A DNA stretch of 64,000 bases, from assembly GCF_036321535.1 (NCBI RefSeq), contig NC_087446.1, positions 39,990,001 to 40,054,000 on the forward strand, in the 5' to 3' direction. Positions 1 to 12,419 of this stretch are shown in pieces. This stretch comes from Camelus dromedarius. Its lineage: Eukaryota. Numbering within the stretch: the first letter of the stretch is position 1; each line of letters opens with the position of its first letter. Both the position numbers and the translations under genes were made by a program. The notes beneath the pieces are model-generated. The model was given only the letters and a program-made list of their open reading frames with translations, did not search any database and was not told where the DNA came from.

Positions 1-60
1 AGAGTGTGTATGCTGGGAGACATTGTTGCATCCATCTTTGGTCAAGTACAGTCTATGCCA
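1..60 (-). mobile_element. MLT1 (MLT1G/H-like) ERVL-MaLR LTR terminal fragment
   Basis: ggagacattgttgcatccatctttggtcaagtacagtctatgcca resembles the MLT1G/H terminus (ctttggaaaatacaatctgccaca). Confidence 0.5.
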
Positions 61-355
61 TTTAGTCAATTATAATGTCGGCTAATACCCACAGCCATGA
101 AAGTACCAGCAAGTTGAAAGAGGAGCTCAGAGGTGGATGGAGTACCAGGCACTTTAATGGGGTGGGAGTGGGGACAGGGTAGAGAAGCCTTTCAGGAGAA
201 AGAGGAAGCTGAACTGTGTTTTGAAAGATGACTTGTTTTATGCATTTCAGGGAGAAGAAACAGTCTATGTGAAGATGTGATGGCGAGGTCCTCATGAAGG
301 GTTTACCCGGAAATTCCCCCAACACTTCATTGCTTGTATTTAATTTAGTTAATGT

Positions 356-552
356 TTTATGTATGTGTGTGTGTATTTACATATGTATATATATAAATAG
401 TTCTATATTATACAATATATAACATTATATATTAGTTATTATATCAATTAATATATTAATAGATAAATAGAAATACATACACACATATATGCATATATAC
501 CATACATGTGTGTATATATATATATTTATATATATACATATGTATATATTTT
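356..552. repeat. (TA)n/(TG)n/(CA)n AT-rich compound microsatellite
   Basis: Runs of tata, tgtg and caca seen directly. Confidence 0.85.
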
Positions 553-565
553 TTTAAACAGAGAC

Positions 566-1010
566 CTCATTCAGTCTTTCATTCAGCAAACATGCCCTGA
601 GCACCTGATGTATGCCAGACAGTGTTCTAGATGCTGAGGATGTGGTGTTGAAGAAAACAAAGGTGGTGAACAAGAGGCCTGTTCTTGGAGCTTATGTTTT
701 ATGCTGGAGACCAGCAGTCAACAAAAGGACATTACAATACGTGAAGTGATTTCAGGTAGTGCTGAGATAAGGTAGAGACCTTATCTGTTTTAGACAGGGC
801 AGCTGGAAAGCCTGTCTCAGGAGGTGACACGTAAATAGAAGTAGGGGTAGGGGGTGATCTTGGACAGAGAGTTCCAGGCAGAGGGAACGGCAGGGCATGT
901 GTGTGTGAACTGCTTCAGCACATATTGTCCACCTTGCACCATGGTTCTCTCCGTAAACCTGCTTTGTTGCACTGTGGGCTCTCTGAGGTGACCGGCAAGA
1001 GCGAGGGCTG
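566..1010 (-). mobile_element. L2 LINE 3' fragment
   Basis: cattcagcaaacatgccctgagcacctgatgtatgccagacagtgttctagatgctgaggat... is the typical antisense L2 3' end. Confidence 0.75.
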
Positions 1011-1454
1011 GACTCCTGTCCAGTGCTCTGCTGCTCTGAGCCATGGAGCAGGGCAGCTGCAGGTGGAGAATGGTCAGCTTTCAGGCCTGGAGCTCCAGGG
1101 CGAGGGCTTCCCAGGGAGGTAAGCAGTCTGTTCTGTCCAGACACGTTCCCCGCCTGCTGTTCCTGGCACTGGGAGATTTGTTTTCACTTAGGGAGAACCT
1201 GGCCTCATCCACAGCATGGTGCTGTTCTCGAGAAGCTGGCCCTTTCCCAAGAGAAGGAATGTGGGGCAGCATCATCACAGTGAGCAATCTCGCTAATAAG
1301 GAAGTGTGGCTGCGATTCCAAAGAGGGAAGATGACTCAGAGTAAGGCACATAACAGCTTCCCTGGTTACTAATCTTCTGTGGGCGTGCATGCATTCATTC
1401 ATTCCTTCATTCATTCATTCTCGAAACATGTACTGAGCATGTAGATGGAAAGGT

Positions 1455-1560
1455 AGAATTCAGATTCAGCTCTACCACCTACTAGCTGTGTAATCTCAGC
1501 AGGTTAGTTAGCCTCCCTGAGCCTTTGTTTCTTTAACTATAGAATGGCTATAATACCTCT
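1455..1560 (+). mobile_element. MIR SINE fragment
   Basis: MIR core: ctctaccacctactagctgtgtaatctcagcaggttagttagcctccctgagcct. Confidence 0.65.
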
Positions 1561-1566
1561 TTTTGA

Positions 1567-1712
1567 AGCAAATAGAAAGGACAGGATGCCAGTGAAATTT
1601 GAACATCAGATAAAACAAGGGCTATTTTTTAGTATAAGTTATGTCCTGAATATTGCATGCTTGTCTGACATTAAGTTTTAACTCTGCATCCAGTATTTTC
1701 ACTGCAACCCTA
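1567..1712. mobile_element. MER53 hAT MITE, internally deleted
   Basis: caggatgccagtgaaatttgaacatcagataaa...ttttagtataagttatgtcc...gcaacccta matches the MER53 arms and terminus. Confidence 0.75.
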
Positions 1713-2774
1713 CGTGGGGATAAAGATGAAGGGAAAAAGGCCTGATTTGGAGGAGCACATGGCAGTGGAAGGACAGGTGTGAAGAGTGTCATTGTGATGC
1801 TGGGCTATGTAACTCATGTCAGAGGTATAGACAGAGTGCTGTGGACACAGACATCCCTCTCTGGGCTCTGAAGACATCTAGACTCACCCTTGCCGATTGC
1901 TGGCTTGCTTGTTGAAGCCCCCAGTGACCGTGGGACTGACGCCAAAAGAGCACAAAGTGTGTGCACAGTAGGTGAGACGGACTGTCGAAATTTTTCTGTC
2001 GAGTAATTGGGAAGATGAACTCTGTTTTCATCCCTCTCAAAGCAAAGGGCGATCTTTAATGACCAGGAAACAGATGATCCATTACCTCAATTATTTTTAT
2101 AGGCTATTTAAAAATAAAATGGAATTAATTCAGGGGGAAAATCATATTGTTACTCAACTTTGTGGAATGTGTATCTTTCAGATAAAATGCTAATAATTCA
2201 TTATTCTGCTTTCCTGGAGATCCAGAGATAAATTTGCCATGTGCCACCCAGAGATCTAATAGGAGACACACAATTGAAGGCTTTAGCTCCAAACTTCTAT
2301 TTACCCAAAGCCTCTCTTTGGGTAAAGCTGCAAGCATCAAAATACTAGGAGAACAGTTTGGGAATATTCTGTAAAAAGTGATATCTGCCAGACACATTCT
2401 TGTCTTCCGTTGCAAATGCATGACCTGGTATTGAACATGGTCTAATCAGCATTACTGAAGGCTTCCTCTTCTTTCCCAGATGTGGCAGGGGATAGTTTAG
2501 GCTGAGGAGGTTGTTTGAAGACCCCCAAAAGCCTCAAGGCAATTCTGGAGTCCCCCCAGTTGCTTGCAGCCACCTCTAGAAATTGAACTCCCTGTGAGGT
2601 TTGAATTTTCTATTTCACCACAGTGACGGATGGGAGGGAGTCAAAGGTAGGCTTTGTGCTGATGGGATTGGCAAAGGGGAAAAAGCAGGGGAGTCAGGGG
2701 AGGAGGTGGGGTGCATCACAGGGTTATAAAAAGCGTTGTTCAATTACAACACACAATTAGATTCACAGCTAATT

Positions 2775-2995
2775 TTAATTGATTAGTAAGTGCCAGGCAC
2801 TGTGCTAAGTACTTTTCATATGGCATCTCTTTGGTCCCCAACCATACCTTATGCAATAGGTGCCTAGGTTCCACTTTACAGATTGGAGGCCAAGTGTTTG
2901 ATCAAATTAGCTGCCCAAGGAAACATGCAAGGCTAATAAGTGGCCCCTGGCTTTCTGGTTGCAAAGCCCTTGCGCTTAACCACTGTGTTCTACTG
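2775..2995 (-). mobile_element. MIR SINE
   Basis: gtgccaggcactgtgctaagtact...tttacagattggaggcc...cttaaccactgtg. Confidence 0.65.
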
Positions 2996-3264
2996 CATTT
3001 TGCCACCAGACTTTCTCTAAAGTATCCCATTTGATTCAGGTACTTCTGCTCTGTCTGCTGTAGTGAGTGGAGGATTGGCCTGGCTTCGAGTGCCCCCTCC
3101 CAATGGACCTCACACTCATTACCTGTGGAAAGTTGTGGGGCCTTCCCTAAGGGATCAGCCTCCTTCTCACTAAAATGATGGGTCAGGCTAAGTGAGTAGG
3201 AGTCTTCTGATCTGAAATTCTGTGTGTCCTACCAATGATAAGCCATTTTGTTTCATTCACTTAC

Positions 3265-4150
3265 CTCTTCATTAGTTGATTAATTAATTCACTCAATAAA
3301 TATCTCTCTTCTGCCAAGTATGTGCCCCAGATATAATGGTGAGTAAGCAGCTGGTTCCCACCCTTGCAGAGCATGGGGTCTAGGGGAGAGACAGCCGAGT
3401 AAACAGGCTATAGTGGTTCAGGGTGAAAAGGGCTGTTTGGAGGGAGGTGCCGGGTGCTGTAGGGTCACCCGTATAGGACTTGGTGGGGTCAGATGAGGCT
3501 CTGGTGGAGGGAAGGACATCTAAGGTAGAAGCTGAAGGATGTGCAGGAGTTGGCCGGGCTAGAGGAACACTTTGTTCAAAGGGAGGGCACATGTGGTGCA
3601 CTTGAGAGCTGTGCTGACTCTCTGGTTGGATGATGGAGTGCACTGGGTTGAGGGTGGGAGGGGAACAGACTGGAGGGGGAAGAGGGTACAGAAATAGATG
3701 AGGGCCACATTGTGCAGGACCTCAGGGCACCTGGGAGGAGTTTGGTGTTTGTTCTCAGAGCAGTAGACAGACACTGAAGGTCAGGGCCGTCCTGGGTGGT
3801 TTCCCAGGTTGGGCCCTGCACAAGGGTGTCAGCTTAGGGGAGCCCTCTGCTCACCAGGCCATGAGCCCCAGTGCAGGGCTTGTGTCTGCCTGTAAGAGGA
3901 CACCTTTTTCTTAATCTTACCAAGGAGCATTAAAGGCCGGTACATCCCTCGATATCAGGAGAATGATGTGATCAGATTTGTGTTTTTGAGCCTTTTCTCT
4001 GGTTACAGGATTTGCTGGATGAAGGATCAGGGAGGAGGGAGGTGGAGAATGGTTGGGGGCGGGGGGGGGGGGAGGCAGTAAAGAGATGGTGGCAGCCTGG
4101 GGAGGCAGTAAGGATGGAGACAAGTGAATGGGTTTGAGATACAGAGGAAG
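3265..4150 (-). mobile_element. L2 LINE fragments (interrupted)
   Basis: cactcaataaatatctc...tatgtgccccag; later gatcagatttgtgttttt...ggatgggtttgagat L2 motifs. Confidence 0.55.
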
Positions 4151-4469
4151 TCGTGGCCTGTGTAACCACCTTGTTCTCACTGCCTCCTGTAACTTAGTGA
4201 GGCAAGGACTTTCTTTCAGGAGCAGAAATACTAAATCATGGAGAAGCAGAGCTTACAGGATAAGTGCTTTGCCCCCAGGCTCCTGAGAGAACCAGCGTTC
4301 GGTGTTGTCCCCTGCTCTCCAGCTCACACTCAGGTATTTGATCCAACTACAGGGGGCCCATCATTTGAAGACCACATGGTCTAGCGGTCAGACTCAAGGC
4401 CAAGAGCCCAGAGACCCAGATATGAAATTCCCCTTAGGCTGCTCTTCTGTGTTTCCTAACGGCATTCTC

Positions 4470-4660
4470 CCTGCCTCTCTTTATACCCAGACGTTTGTGG
4501 AGTGCCTGCTAAGTGCCTGGCTCTGTCCCCAGCATGGTGGGGGAGACAAAGCCCCAAGGCACGGTCTCAGCCCTCGAGGACTTACCAGTTGGGCAGTAAT
4601 GAGCCGGCGGTCAACCAATAAAGACTACTGAGAGGTGCTCAAGGAATGTTCCAGATAATT
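4470..4660 (-). mobile_element. L2 LINE fragment
   Basis: tttgtggagtgcctgctaagtgcctggctctgtcc...agccctcgaggacttacc. Confidence 0.5.
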
Positions 4661-4674
4661 AGTGTGGAGGGAGG

Positions 4675-4890
4675 CAGAGCACAGTGGGTATTGACGTGGG
4701 ATCTGGAGTCAGACAGAACTGGGTTGAACATCTGGCTTTGAAAACATTTCCTAGTTGTGATCCAAGGTCAGTCTCATAACCTCCCTGAGCCTGAGTTTGC
4801 CCACCTGTAAAATGGGGATAGTAATACTCAAGTGGATTAAGGATTAAATAATTCAAGGTATATAAAGTACTTAGCAGAGTGTCTACTAGA
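4675..4890 (+). mobile_element. MIR SINE
   Basis: ctggagtcagacagaactgggttgaa...ctccctgagcctgagtttgcccacctgtaaaatggggatagtaata. Confidence 0.75.
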
Positions 4891-4899
4891 GGGTAACCA

Positions 4900-6060
4900 T
4901 TTATAACATTGATTAGATTAGGCTTTTTTTTTGCGTCTTTGGTGTACAGTTCTGAGTTTTGACAAATGCATAGTCATGTAACCAGTCTTGCACAAACAAG
5001 ATACAGACTATTCTGCTGCCTCTCCGCCAAATTGCCTTGTCTTATTCCTTTGTAGTAAACCCTCCCCATACTCTTTGTTTCCTTGTGGTAATTTATTGTC
5101 TCTTAGTTTTTGCAACAGCTTTCTTAAGATGTAATTCAAACACCGTACAATTCACCTATTTAAAATGTACAATTCCATGGTTTTGAATATCTTCACACAG
5201 TTGTATAACTGTCACCACAATTTTAGGACACTTTCATCACCCCCACAAGAAACCCTGTACCCTTTAGCAGTCACAGTCCGTTCCTGCTAACTATCCCCTC
5301 CTCCCTTGTCCCAGCCTTTGACATTCACTGATCTACTTCTATGTATTTGCCTCGTCTGCACATTCATATAAATGGAATCATACACTATCTGGTTTTCTAG
5401 CACTGACTTCTTCACTGAGCAGAATATTGTCAAGGTTCATTCATATGGTAGAATGTGTCAGTGCTTGATTCCTTTTTACCACTGAATAATACTCCATTTT
5501 ATATGGACGTACTACATTTTGCTTATTGATTTGTCAGTTGATGGACATTTGGGTTGTTTCTGCTTTTTGGCTGTTATCAACACTGGTGTACAAATCTTTA
5601 CATAGGCTTATGTTTTCACATGGACTTGCTGGGCTATCGGGTAACTATGTGTTACCTTTTTGAAGAACTGCCCTGTCCCTCAAAAGGAACTCTGAGGACT
5701 ATTTTCCACAGCAACTGTTCCATTTTACAATTCCACCAGCGCTGTCTGAGGGCTCCAATCTCTGCACATCCTTGCCAACACTTGTTATTGTCTGCATTTT
5801 TGATTCTAGCCATCCAAGTGGGTGCGAAGTGGTGTCTCAATGTCTAGCTGCCCCATACGTACCCTTAACCCCTGGCAACTACTGATTTACTCTCTGGCTG
5901 CCGTTTTGCCTTTTCCAGAAGGTGATATCTCTAATCATACATGATGTTGCCTCTTGACTCTCCTTCTTCCCTCCAGCATAAGGCACTGGAGACTCAGCCA
6001 TGTGGTTGTGCAGCTTTTTGTTGCTGAGTTGCATTCCCTTGCATGCACGGATGGACCACC
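4900..6060 (-). mobile_element. Old L1M 3' fragment (4900-5070 and 5850-6060) interrupted by an L1MB-like element
   Basis: ttttgacaaatgcatagtcatgtaacc... and ccctggcaactactgatttactctc...ttgccttttccagaa L1M 3'UTR motifs on either side of the L1MB-like copy. Confidence 0.5.
5105..5845 (-). mobile_element. L1MB-like 3'UTR and ORF2 end
   Basis: acagctttcttaagatgtaattca...aaatggaatcatacac...cagttgatggacatttgggttgtttc; ORF 5652-5840 (NKCWQGCAEIGAL...WNCKMEQLLWKIV) resembles the L1 ORF2 C-terminus. Confidence 0.85.
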
Positions 6061-6609
6061 CTAGAGGCCCCTGCTCATATGCACAGTAAAGTTAAATGAA
6101 TCCCTTGCCCAGTGAATCAAAGACTAAGCCTCACATCTTTTTAGGGCTTTTTATAGTTTGGGAGGCCTTTTCTGAGCCTCCCAGTGTTGCAGGACACCCA
6201 GCCTCTCCCTCTTGTAGGTCCCTCTGAGTGCAGAGCTGAGCCTGACATCAGTGAGCTGGATCCTCCCGAAAGCGGAGACCCACTGGGATTAGAATTTTTC
6301 TGTCGTGGCTCTGACATGCCGTTCGTGGCAGTAGGTCTCTGTGTGCGGGCCACAGTCCAGTGAGACAGATGGAGCCCGGGCCACCGGGACAGCTGCTGCT
6401 GGGGAGCCGGGGCCTCTGCTGCCCGGCTGTCTCCTTTCTCAGCGGGAAGCCCCAGAAGCTCCTCAGGCTGATAAATAAAGCTGTTTTCTCATTCCTTTAT
6501 CTGTTTTCATGACTGGCTTGCAACTTTTAGGTATTTGCTACTTCCCTCCCTCCCACTCCCGAGTGTAGCAGTTTTCCAACTCACCATTACAGGCATGGGA
6601 GGAATATGA

Positions 6610-6790
6610 TGTAATAATAATAAACAAATAATGAATTTGCACCTATGAGAATCTACATCAGAATCCATGAGGTAGGCATAATCACTTTATGCAGGAAGAA
6701 ATCAAGGTCCCAGGCGGATAAATAACTCCTTCAAAGTCACCCCACTGGTCAGCAGCAGGCCTGGGGTTTGAACCTGCCATCTGTGCTTTC
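6610..6790 (-). mobile_element. MIR SINE
   Basis: ccatgaggtaggcataatcactttatgcaggaagaaatcaagg...ggggtttgaacc. Confidence 0.6.
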
Positions 6791-8606
6791 ATCAGCTCCC
6801 AGAGATCTCAAACCTCAGTCATTTGCAAACCACCTTCATGAGTTCCTTCTACCACCTGCACTTTCGTTATCTAACATTTTTATTACAATCAACTTCACAT
6901 TAACAGTTTTTGTTCATCATCAGAAACACATCCAGCATGCGAATTCATGTGACACAGAGGGTTTGATGTGTTAGGTATATATTTTGTGTGTCATATATGA
7001 AAATAAACTCATAACAGAATAAAAATGTTCATCCATATATCACCTAAAATCAGCTCACATCTACCAGCGCTATGTGGACCACACTTTGGGGAAGGAAATG
7101 TATGATATGTGGTGATTTGCTCCCTGGTTTGTCTTTCCCCTCAATGGGGAATGACAAGCAGGTTGTGCCTGTGATTTATTCATCTCGGCGTCCTCAGCAT
7201 CATGCACTGTAGCAAACCCATTATTGGCACTTGCTCTGTGATTGATGGTAAATGATAGAATGAATGGAGTGAGAAAGAGAGTGAGTGGCATTTCCCCTTC
7301 CATATGGAGAAGAACGGAAGGAAACCTCCTTACCTGACCGTTGATGACATGGGGAGGCTGGCAGGGAGCTGGGGCCTTATCACTAGGGGGACAAGAGTGC
7401 TTAGAAGCTCTGATTGCTGTGGGCACCACAGAAATGTTGGGAGTCTGACATTCTATGTGTGAAGCCCTTCCAGCCTTCTCAAGCTCTTGGTTTGTGGGAT
7501 TGTGGACACTGTCATCTAACTACAGTCCATCCAGCCACTTTGATCTCTGGATGTGGAAGAATCAGCCTGCATCTGACAGTTTCTCTCAACAAATGAGCTC
7601 CCACCCTGTGTGCCATTTCCTCCTCTGGCTCTCTTCACAAAGTCCGACAGCACTCCAGGCAAATTCTGCACCATCTCTTCTAGAGGAAAATGCAGCAGCA
7701 ACCATCTCAGGAGCCATTGAGACCACAGAGCCTTATTCAATATTAGGATGAATTCGAAGATCTGTCAGTGAACCCATTAGCCAGAATTTACTGAGGACCT
7801 ACTATGTGCTGAGCGCTGGGCTGAGTGCCTTTGAATTCTCTCCTACTTTAGAATCAGACAATCTTGGCATAGACATTGAAGCCAGAACTTGATTTTTGAG
7901 TTTAAAAGGAAAAACTCAGCTCAACAAATATTTGTTGAAGCCCAACTGTATGGGGGTGGGGGAAGCGGAGAGGGCTGAACTCAGTCTTGAGGATACAAAG
8001 ATAGTAAGTTCTTGCCCTGAGGAATCTTGTTGAATTATGGTTGGGAAGTTGCATGTGCACTGGGCAGTGTCTTGAAATGTCTCGGTACTTGTCCCTGGAA
8101 ATAGCCAGCATATCACGGGCACGTTCAGCAGGCAAATATCAATCATGAATCCGATCAATACTTGTGAGGTATCTGCTGCAAGGATGGCAAGTGTATGGTA
8201 CACGTGTGCTCCTGCTCTCACGAGCTGCTCCCCGCTGGGTGTCCCGGAGGTGGCCTCTGCATCCTTCAGTGCCCCAGGCATTCAGAGTTGGTCTTTGAAG
8301 TGAAATCTGCAGCTCTTTCTCTTTCTGCATACTTGAAAGGCATTGGGGCTAAAATATCCTCTTTTATGAAATGATGGTGCTCAGAGCACGCGGCACTGCA
8401 TAGGCTGTGCATCATCCAACTCCTAGGGTACCATTCACTCAGGTATCATGTGCTTAGCGGACTCTGGTCCATCCAGTGTGGCCCAGAAGGAGTAGGAGAT
8501 GGTATTGATGTTTCTGAGCTTTTAAAGCACTTACTCAGCAAAATAACAAAGTACGCACCCATATTGTTGATCTACAGCTATTACAAGAATACTCCTTGTC
8601 TGTGAA

Positions 8607-8715
8607 ATTCCTTCCTTCCTTTGCTTCCTTCCTCCCTTCCCACTCTTTTTCCCTCCTTCCCTCTTTCCCCCTCTCCCCCTCCCTCTCTCCCTCTGTCCTT
8701 CTCTCTCTTCCTTCC
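8607..8715. repeat. (CCTT)/(CT)-rich low-complexity pyrimidine tract
   Basis: ttccttccttcctttgcttccttcctccc... seen directly. Confidence 0.9.
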
Positions 8716-8717
8716 AC

Positions 8718-9200
8718 AAATACTAGATTACCTACCCAGATGCTATTCTGGGATAAATGGTAAACTAAACAGACAACCCCTTTGCCCTTATGGAGCCCAC
8801 ATTCTGCTGGAGGAGACAGAAATAAATAAAATCAATGATATAAAATATATAGTATATTGTGCCAGGATAAGTGCCACAGAGAAAAGTAAAGCAGGGAATG
8901 GGGATAGCAAATGTTGGGAAATTGTGATTTTGGATAGGGTGATAGGGTAGAGACTGAAGAAGCTAGTGATCTTTTAGTAAAGACCTTCAAAGTGGTTAGG
9001 GAATGAGCTATACAGATAACTGAGGAAGGGGCTTCTAGGCAGCAGGGACAGCACATGCAAAGGCCCTGAGGTAGGCACATGTCTGGTGTGTTTGAAGACT
9101 AATGAGGAGGCTGGCTGGAGTGGGTTCAAGGGGAAAGTGTAGGAGATAAGTTCAGGCAGGTAATGAGGGTTGAGGGCCAGGCCTTGTGAGGGTTTGGGAA
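8718..9200 (-). mobile_element. L2 LINE 3' fragment
   Basis: ccctttgcccttatggagcccacattctgctggaggagacagaaataaat...gcacatgcaaaggccctgaggtagg. Confidence 0.75.
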
Positions 9201-9211
9201 TCTATTCAAAA

Positions 9212-9333
9212 TAATGGTTCTCAAAGTGTAGTCTCTGAACCACCCCTGTTCCACTGGGGGTTGGGGCCACAATCTTTGTTGAAACAAGCCCTCCTGGGGG
9301 ATTCTGATGCTCACTGAAATATGAGAGCCACTG
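9212..9333. mobile_element. MER5A hAT-Charlie MITE (deleted)
   Basis: Inverted ends taatggttctcaaagtg ... gagagccactg; internal aacaagccctcctgggggattctgatgc. Confidence 0.65.
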
Positions 9334-10529
9334 ATACCAAACACCTAGGCCTCTCCAGACCAACAGGATCTGCTATTATTCCCTCTGGTGTGTAGTGTAC
9401 AACAGATGGGGTAATCATCATTGACCTGATCTCTTAACCTCAAGAAATGCCATCATCTTAGTGTCTGGAAGTTGACAGTCAGACTAATAAAAAAAAGTTA
9501 GATCCTGTGCCTATGCTCAAACCGGGGTCAGGTGACTGCAAGGGACAAGAGATGGGAGGCAGGGCTGCATGGGCCAGTGCCTCAGAGATGGGATCATTGG
9601 CTGTCAGGGTGAAGAGGCCCTGAGGACATCCAGTCTTGTCCCCAAATTTGTCAGAGAAGACTGAGGAAAGAAAGGGGAAATGACTGCTAATTAGATACAT
9701 GTGGGATTTCCATGGGTTATCTGGACTTCTAGGTACCTGCTCCCTTTCAAATTGTGCCAGTAGGCCTAGAGCTTCCTGCTTCTGGGTAGATGTAGGGGTG
9801 TTGGCAGTGTAGGTAGGTGCAGGGGGCATGAGTGGTGTAGTTATGCGTAGGGGACATCAGTGATGTAGGCAGATGTAGGTGGACATTGGTGGGATAGGTA
9901 GGTATAGGGGATGGTGTGTCGGTATGTGTGGGGGATATTGGTGGTGTAGGAGTGTATCAGAAAGAGGTGGGAGTTGGTTGGAGGAGGATGAGGAGAAGAA
10001 ACACCTCATCAGGGGCTTTGAGGGACCAGTTTATAGACCATTTGAGGAGTGGGAAGACTTCTGAGTGTCTGGAGCTGAGCCAGTAGGATAAGGTTGAGGG
10101 CCAGATCCAAAGGCCTTGAATGCCATGCTAAGTGGTTGGGACTTTAATCTTTGGCAGTGAAGGCCCCGAAGTCCCAGGCACCCATTTCCTGATAGTTGTT
10201 TCCAGGCTGTTAAAAGCTCCTTGCTTGGGTCAACACCTCCCCTACCCAGCCAGTACTGATTGTCCTACAGGGCTCCTACAGAACCCTGCCCCGACTTTTT
10301 TCAGAACAAAGTCAGAACAACTGGATCCTCAACGGATAGGTCAGAAAAGACTCTGAGCACAGTCCTGGGCACCTAATCACTCTGTTTCTACAGTGCAGGG
10401 TGGGGATGGGGGTGGGGGTCAGGCCCATCTGAGCCTCAGAAGCAGGGGCTGAGCTTCCTCAGGAGTTCTCTTCATCAGCCACAGTACACTTGACTTTTTG
10501 AAAAATGAAAAATATCTTCTTTCCTTCCT

Positions 10530-11176
10530 TTTTTTTAAATTGAAGTATAGTTGATTTACAATGTTGTATAAGTTTCTGGTGTATAGCATAGTGATTTAGT
10601 TATACACATTTATATATCTATTCTTTTTCATTACAGGTTACTATAAGCCTTTGAATATAGTTTCCTGTGCTACACAGTAGGACCTTGTTGTTCATCTATT
10701 TTATATACAGTAGTTAGTATCCACCAATACCAAACTCCCAATTTATCCCTCCTTTCTCCTTCTCCACTCCATAACCATAAATTTGTTTTCTATGTCTGAG
10801 TCTTTTTGTTTTGCAAATTAGTTCATTTGTGTCTTTTTTTAGATTCCACTTATAAGTAATGTCATATATTTGTCTTTCTTTGACTTACTTCACTTAGTAT
10901 GATAATCTCTACGTCTATCCATNNNNNNNNNNNNNNNNNNNNNNNNNNNNNNNNNNNNNNNNNNNNNNNNNNNNNNNNNNNNNNNNNNNNNNNNNNNNNN
11001 NNNNNNNNNNNNNNNNNNNNNNNNNNNNNNNNNNNNNNNNNNNNNNNNNNNNNNNNNNNNNNNNNNNNNNNNNNNTGGGTGCATGCATCTTTTCGAATTA
11101 TAGTTTTCTCCGGATATATGCCCAGGAATGGGATTGCTGGATTATATGGTAACTCTATTTTCAGTTTTTGGAAATG
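10530..11176 (-). mobile_element. Artiodactyl L1 3' end (ORF2 C-terminus and 3'UTR) with N gap at 10923-11075
   Basis: ttgaagtatagttgatttacaatg 3'UTR; translation KLKIELPYNPAIPFLGIYPEK...IILSEVSQ is the L1 ORF2 terminus. Confidence 0.92.
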
Positions 11177-11199
11177 CCTTCTTTTCTTAATGTAAAGGA

Positions 11200-11900
11200 A
11201 ATATATGTACATTAGGTGGAAATTGAGCATTTGCATAAGCAGTAAAAGAAAAAAATTTAATGACCCACCATCCCACCATCTAGAGATGTTAAGAGCTTGT
11301 TGTATATTCTTTCCAAACATCTTTATGCATTTCATATTTTCCTTACAAAATAGAATAATGTTGTACATATTGTTCTGTACTTGCTTTGTTCACTTATCAG
11401 ATTATGAACATCTTTTCATGTCATTCCATACTCTTTGACAGTATCACTTTATTTTTTTTAACTTTTTTTTATTGAGTTATAGTCATTTTACAGCGTTGTG
11501 TCAAATTCCAGTGTAGAGCACAATTTTTCAGTTATACATGAACATACATATATTCATTGTCACTTTTTTTTCGCTGTGAGCTACCACAAGATCTTGTATA
11601 TATTTCTCTGTGCTATACAGTATAATCTTGTTTATCTATTCTGCATATGGCTGTCAGTAGACAGTATCACTTTAAATGGCTGTATGATGTTCTATCTTAT
11701 AGTCAATTATTGAATATTGGACATTTAGATTGTTTCCCATTTTTCAACTCTGTAATCAGCTCTGTAGTGAATTGCCCTGTAATATAACTTTTCATATGTC
11801 ATTGATTATATCCTAAGGTTAAATTCCTAAACGTGGGATTGCTGAGTTGGACCAGACAGCTCATAAAAGGTCTTGAATGCCCACCAGAAAGATTGCAGTG
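11200..11900 (-). mobile_element. L1ME-like old fragment (host of the young L1 insertion)
   Basis: ttggacatttagattgtttccc...aaattcctaaacgtgggattgctgag. Confidence 0.6.
11452..11659 (-). mobile_element. Young 5'-truncated camelid-type L1 3' end with 15-bp TSD
   Basis: Perfect TSD gacagtatcacttta at 11437-11451 and 11660-11674; poly(T) at left; gtgtcaaattccagtgtagagcacaattttt is shared with the 39.9 kb and 45.8 kb copies. Confidence 0.92.
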
Positions 11901-12419
11901 ACAATCATTGAGGTTGGAGGCAATCTGATAAATAGCACCACCTCCTCTACACCAGTTCTAATATAGCTGAGGTAGACACCAGATATATCAGGCAAATGGA
12001 GATGAAAATATTGCTTTTATTACAATAAAGACGAGTTAGGAGAATGTGACTTAGGTGTCCAGCTACAATCAGCTTCCTAATACTGGACCCTGCAACTAAT
12101 TGGGTGTAAGCACCTATTCGTGGGCTGTGCTGAAAAACTGCAGACCTCCCCCTGGAAAACTATGGCAGTGCTGGAGTCCAGCAGACCGCTCTCTTCCTAT
12201 AGGCAGCTGGCTTCCGGGGAGAGGGTGGAAGGAGGGGCTAAACTATGCCTGCCCAGCCCCTCCTCCCAAACTCACTAACCGGATGAGTCATTCCACCTCC
12301 CCAGGGAAGCAGTAAGTAAAAAGGTAAAGAAAAGCCAAGAGTGTAATATAAATGGATGTCCCTCCACGCGGCAGGAAACAGTAAGGGAGGGCAATAAGCC
12401 TTCTCTAGTAATAATTATA

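Noticed and set aside
1567-1712. MER53 as a miR-1302-type miRNA gene
   Set aside because: The arm segment carrying the mature sequence (ttgggacatacttat...) is deleted in this copy
6141-6353. Minus-strand ORF ending in LPNYKKP, resembling the FGF1 N-terminus (PPGNYKKP)
   Set aside because: A stop codon follows immediately, nothing else matches FGF1 and there is no exon context; a chance match
6375-6400. REST/NRSE-like ccaccgggacagc
   Set aside because: The left half-site (TTCAGCACC) is missing and the spacing is wrong
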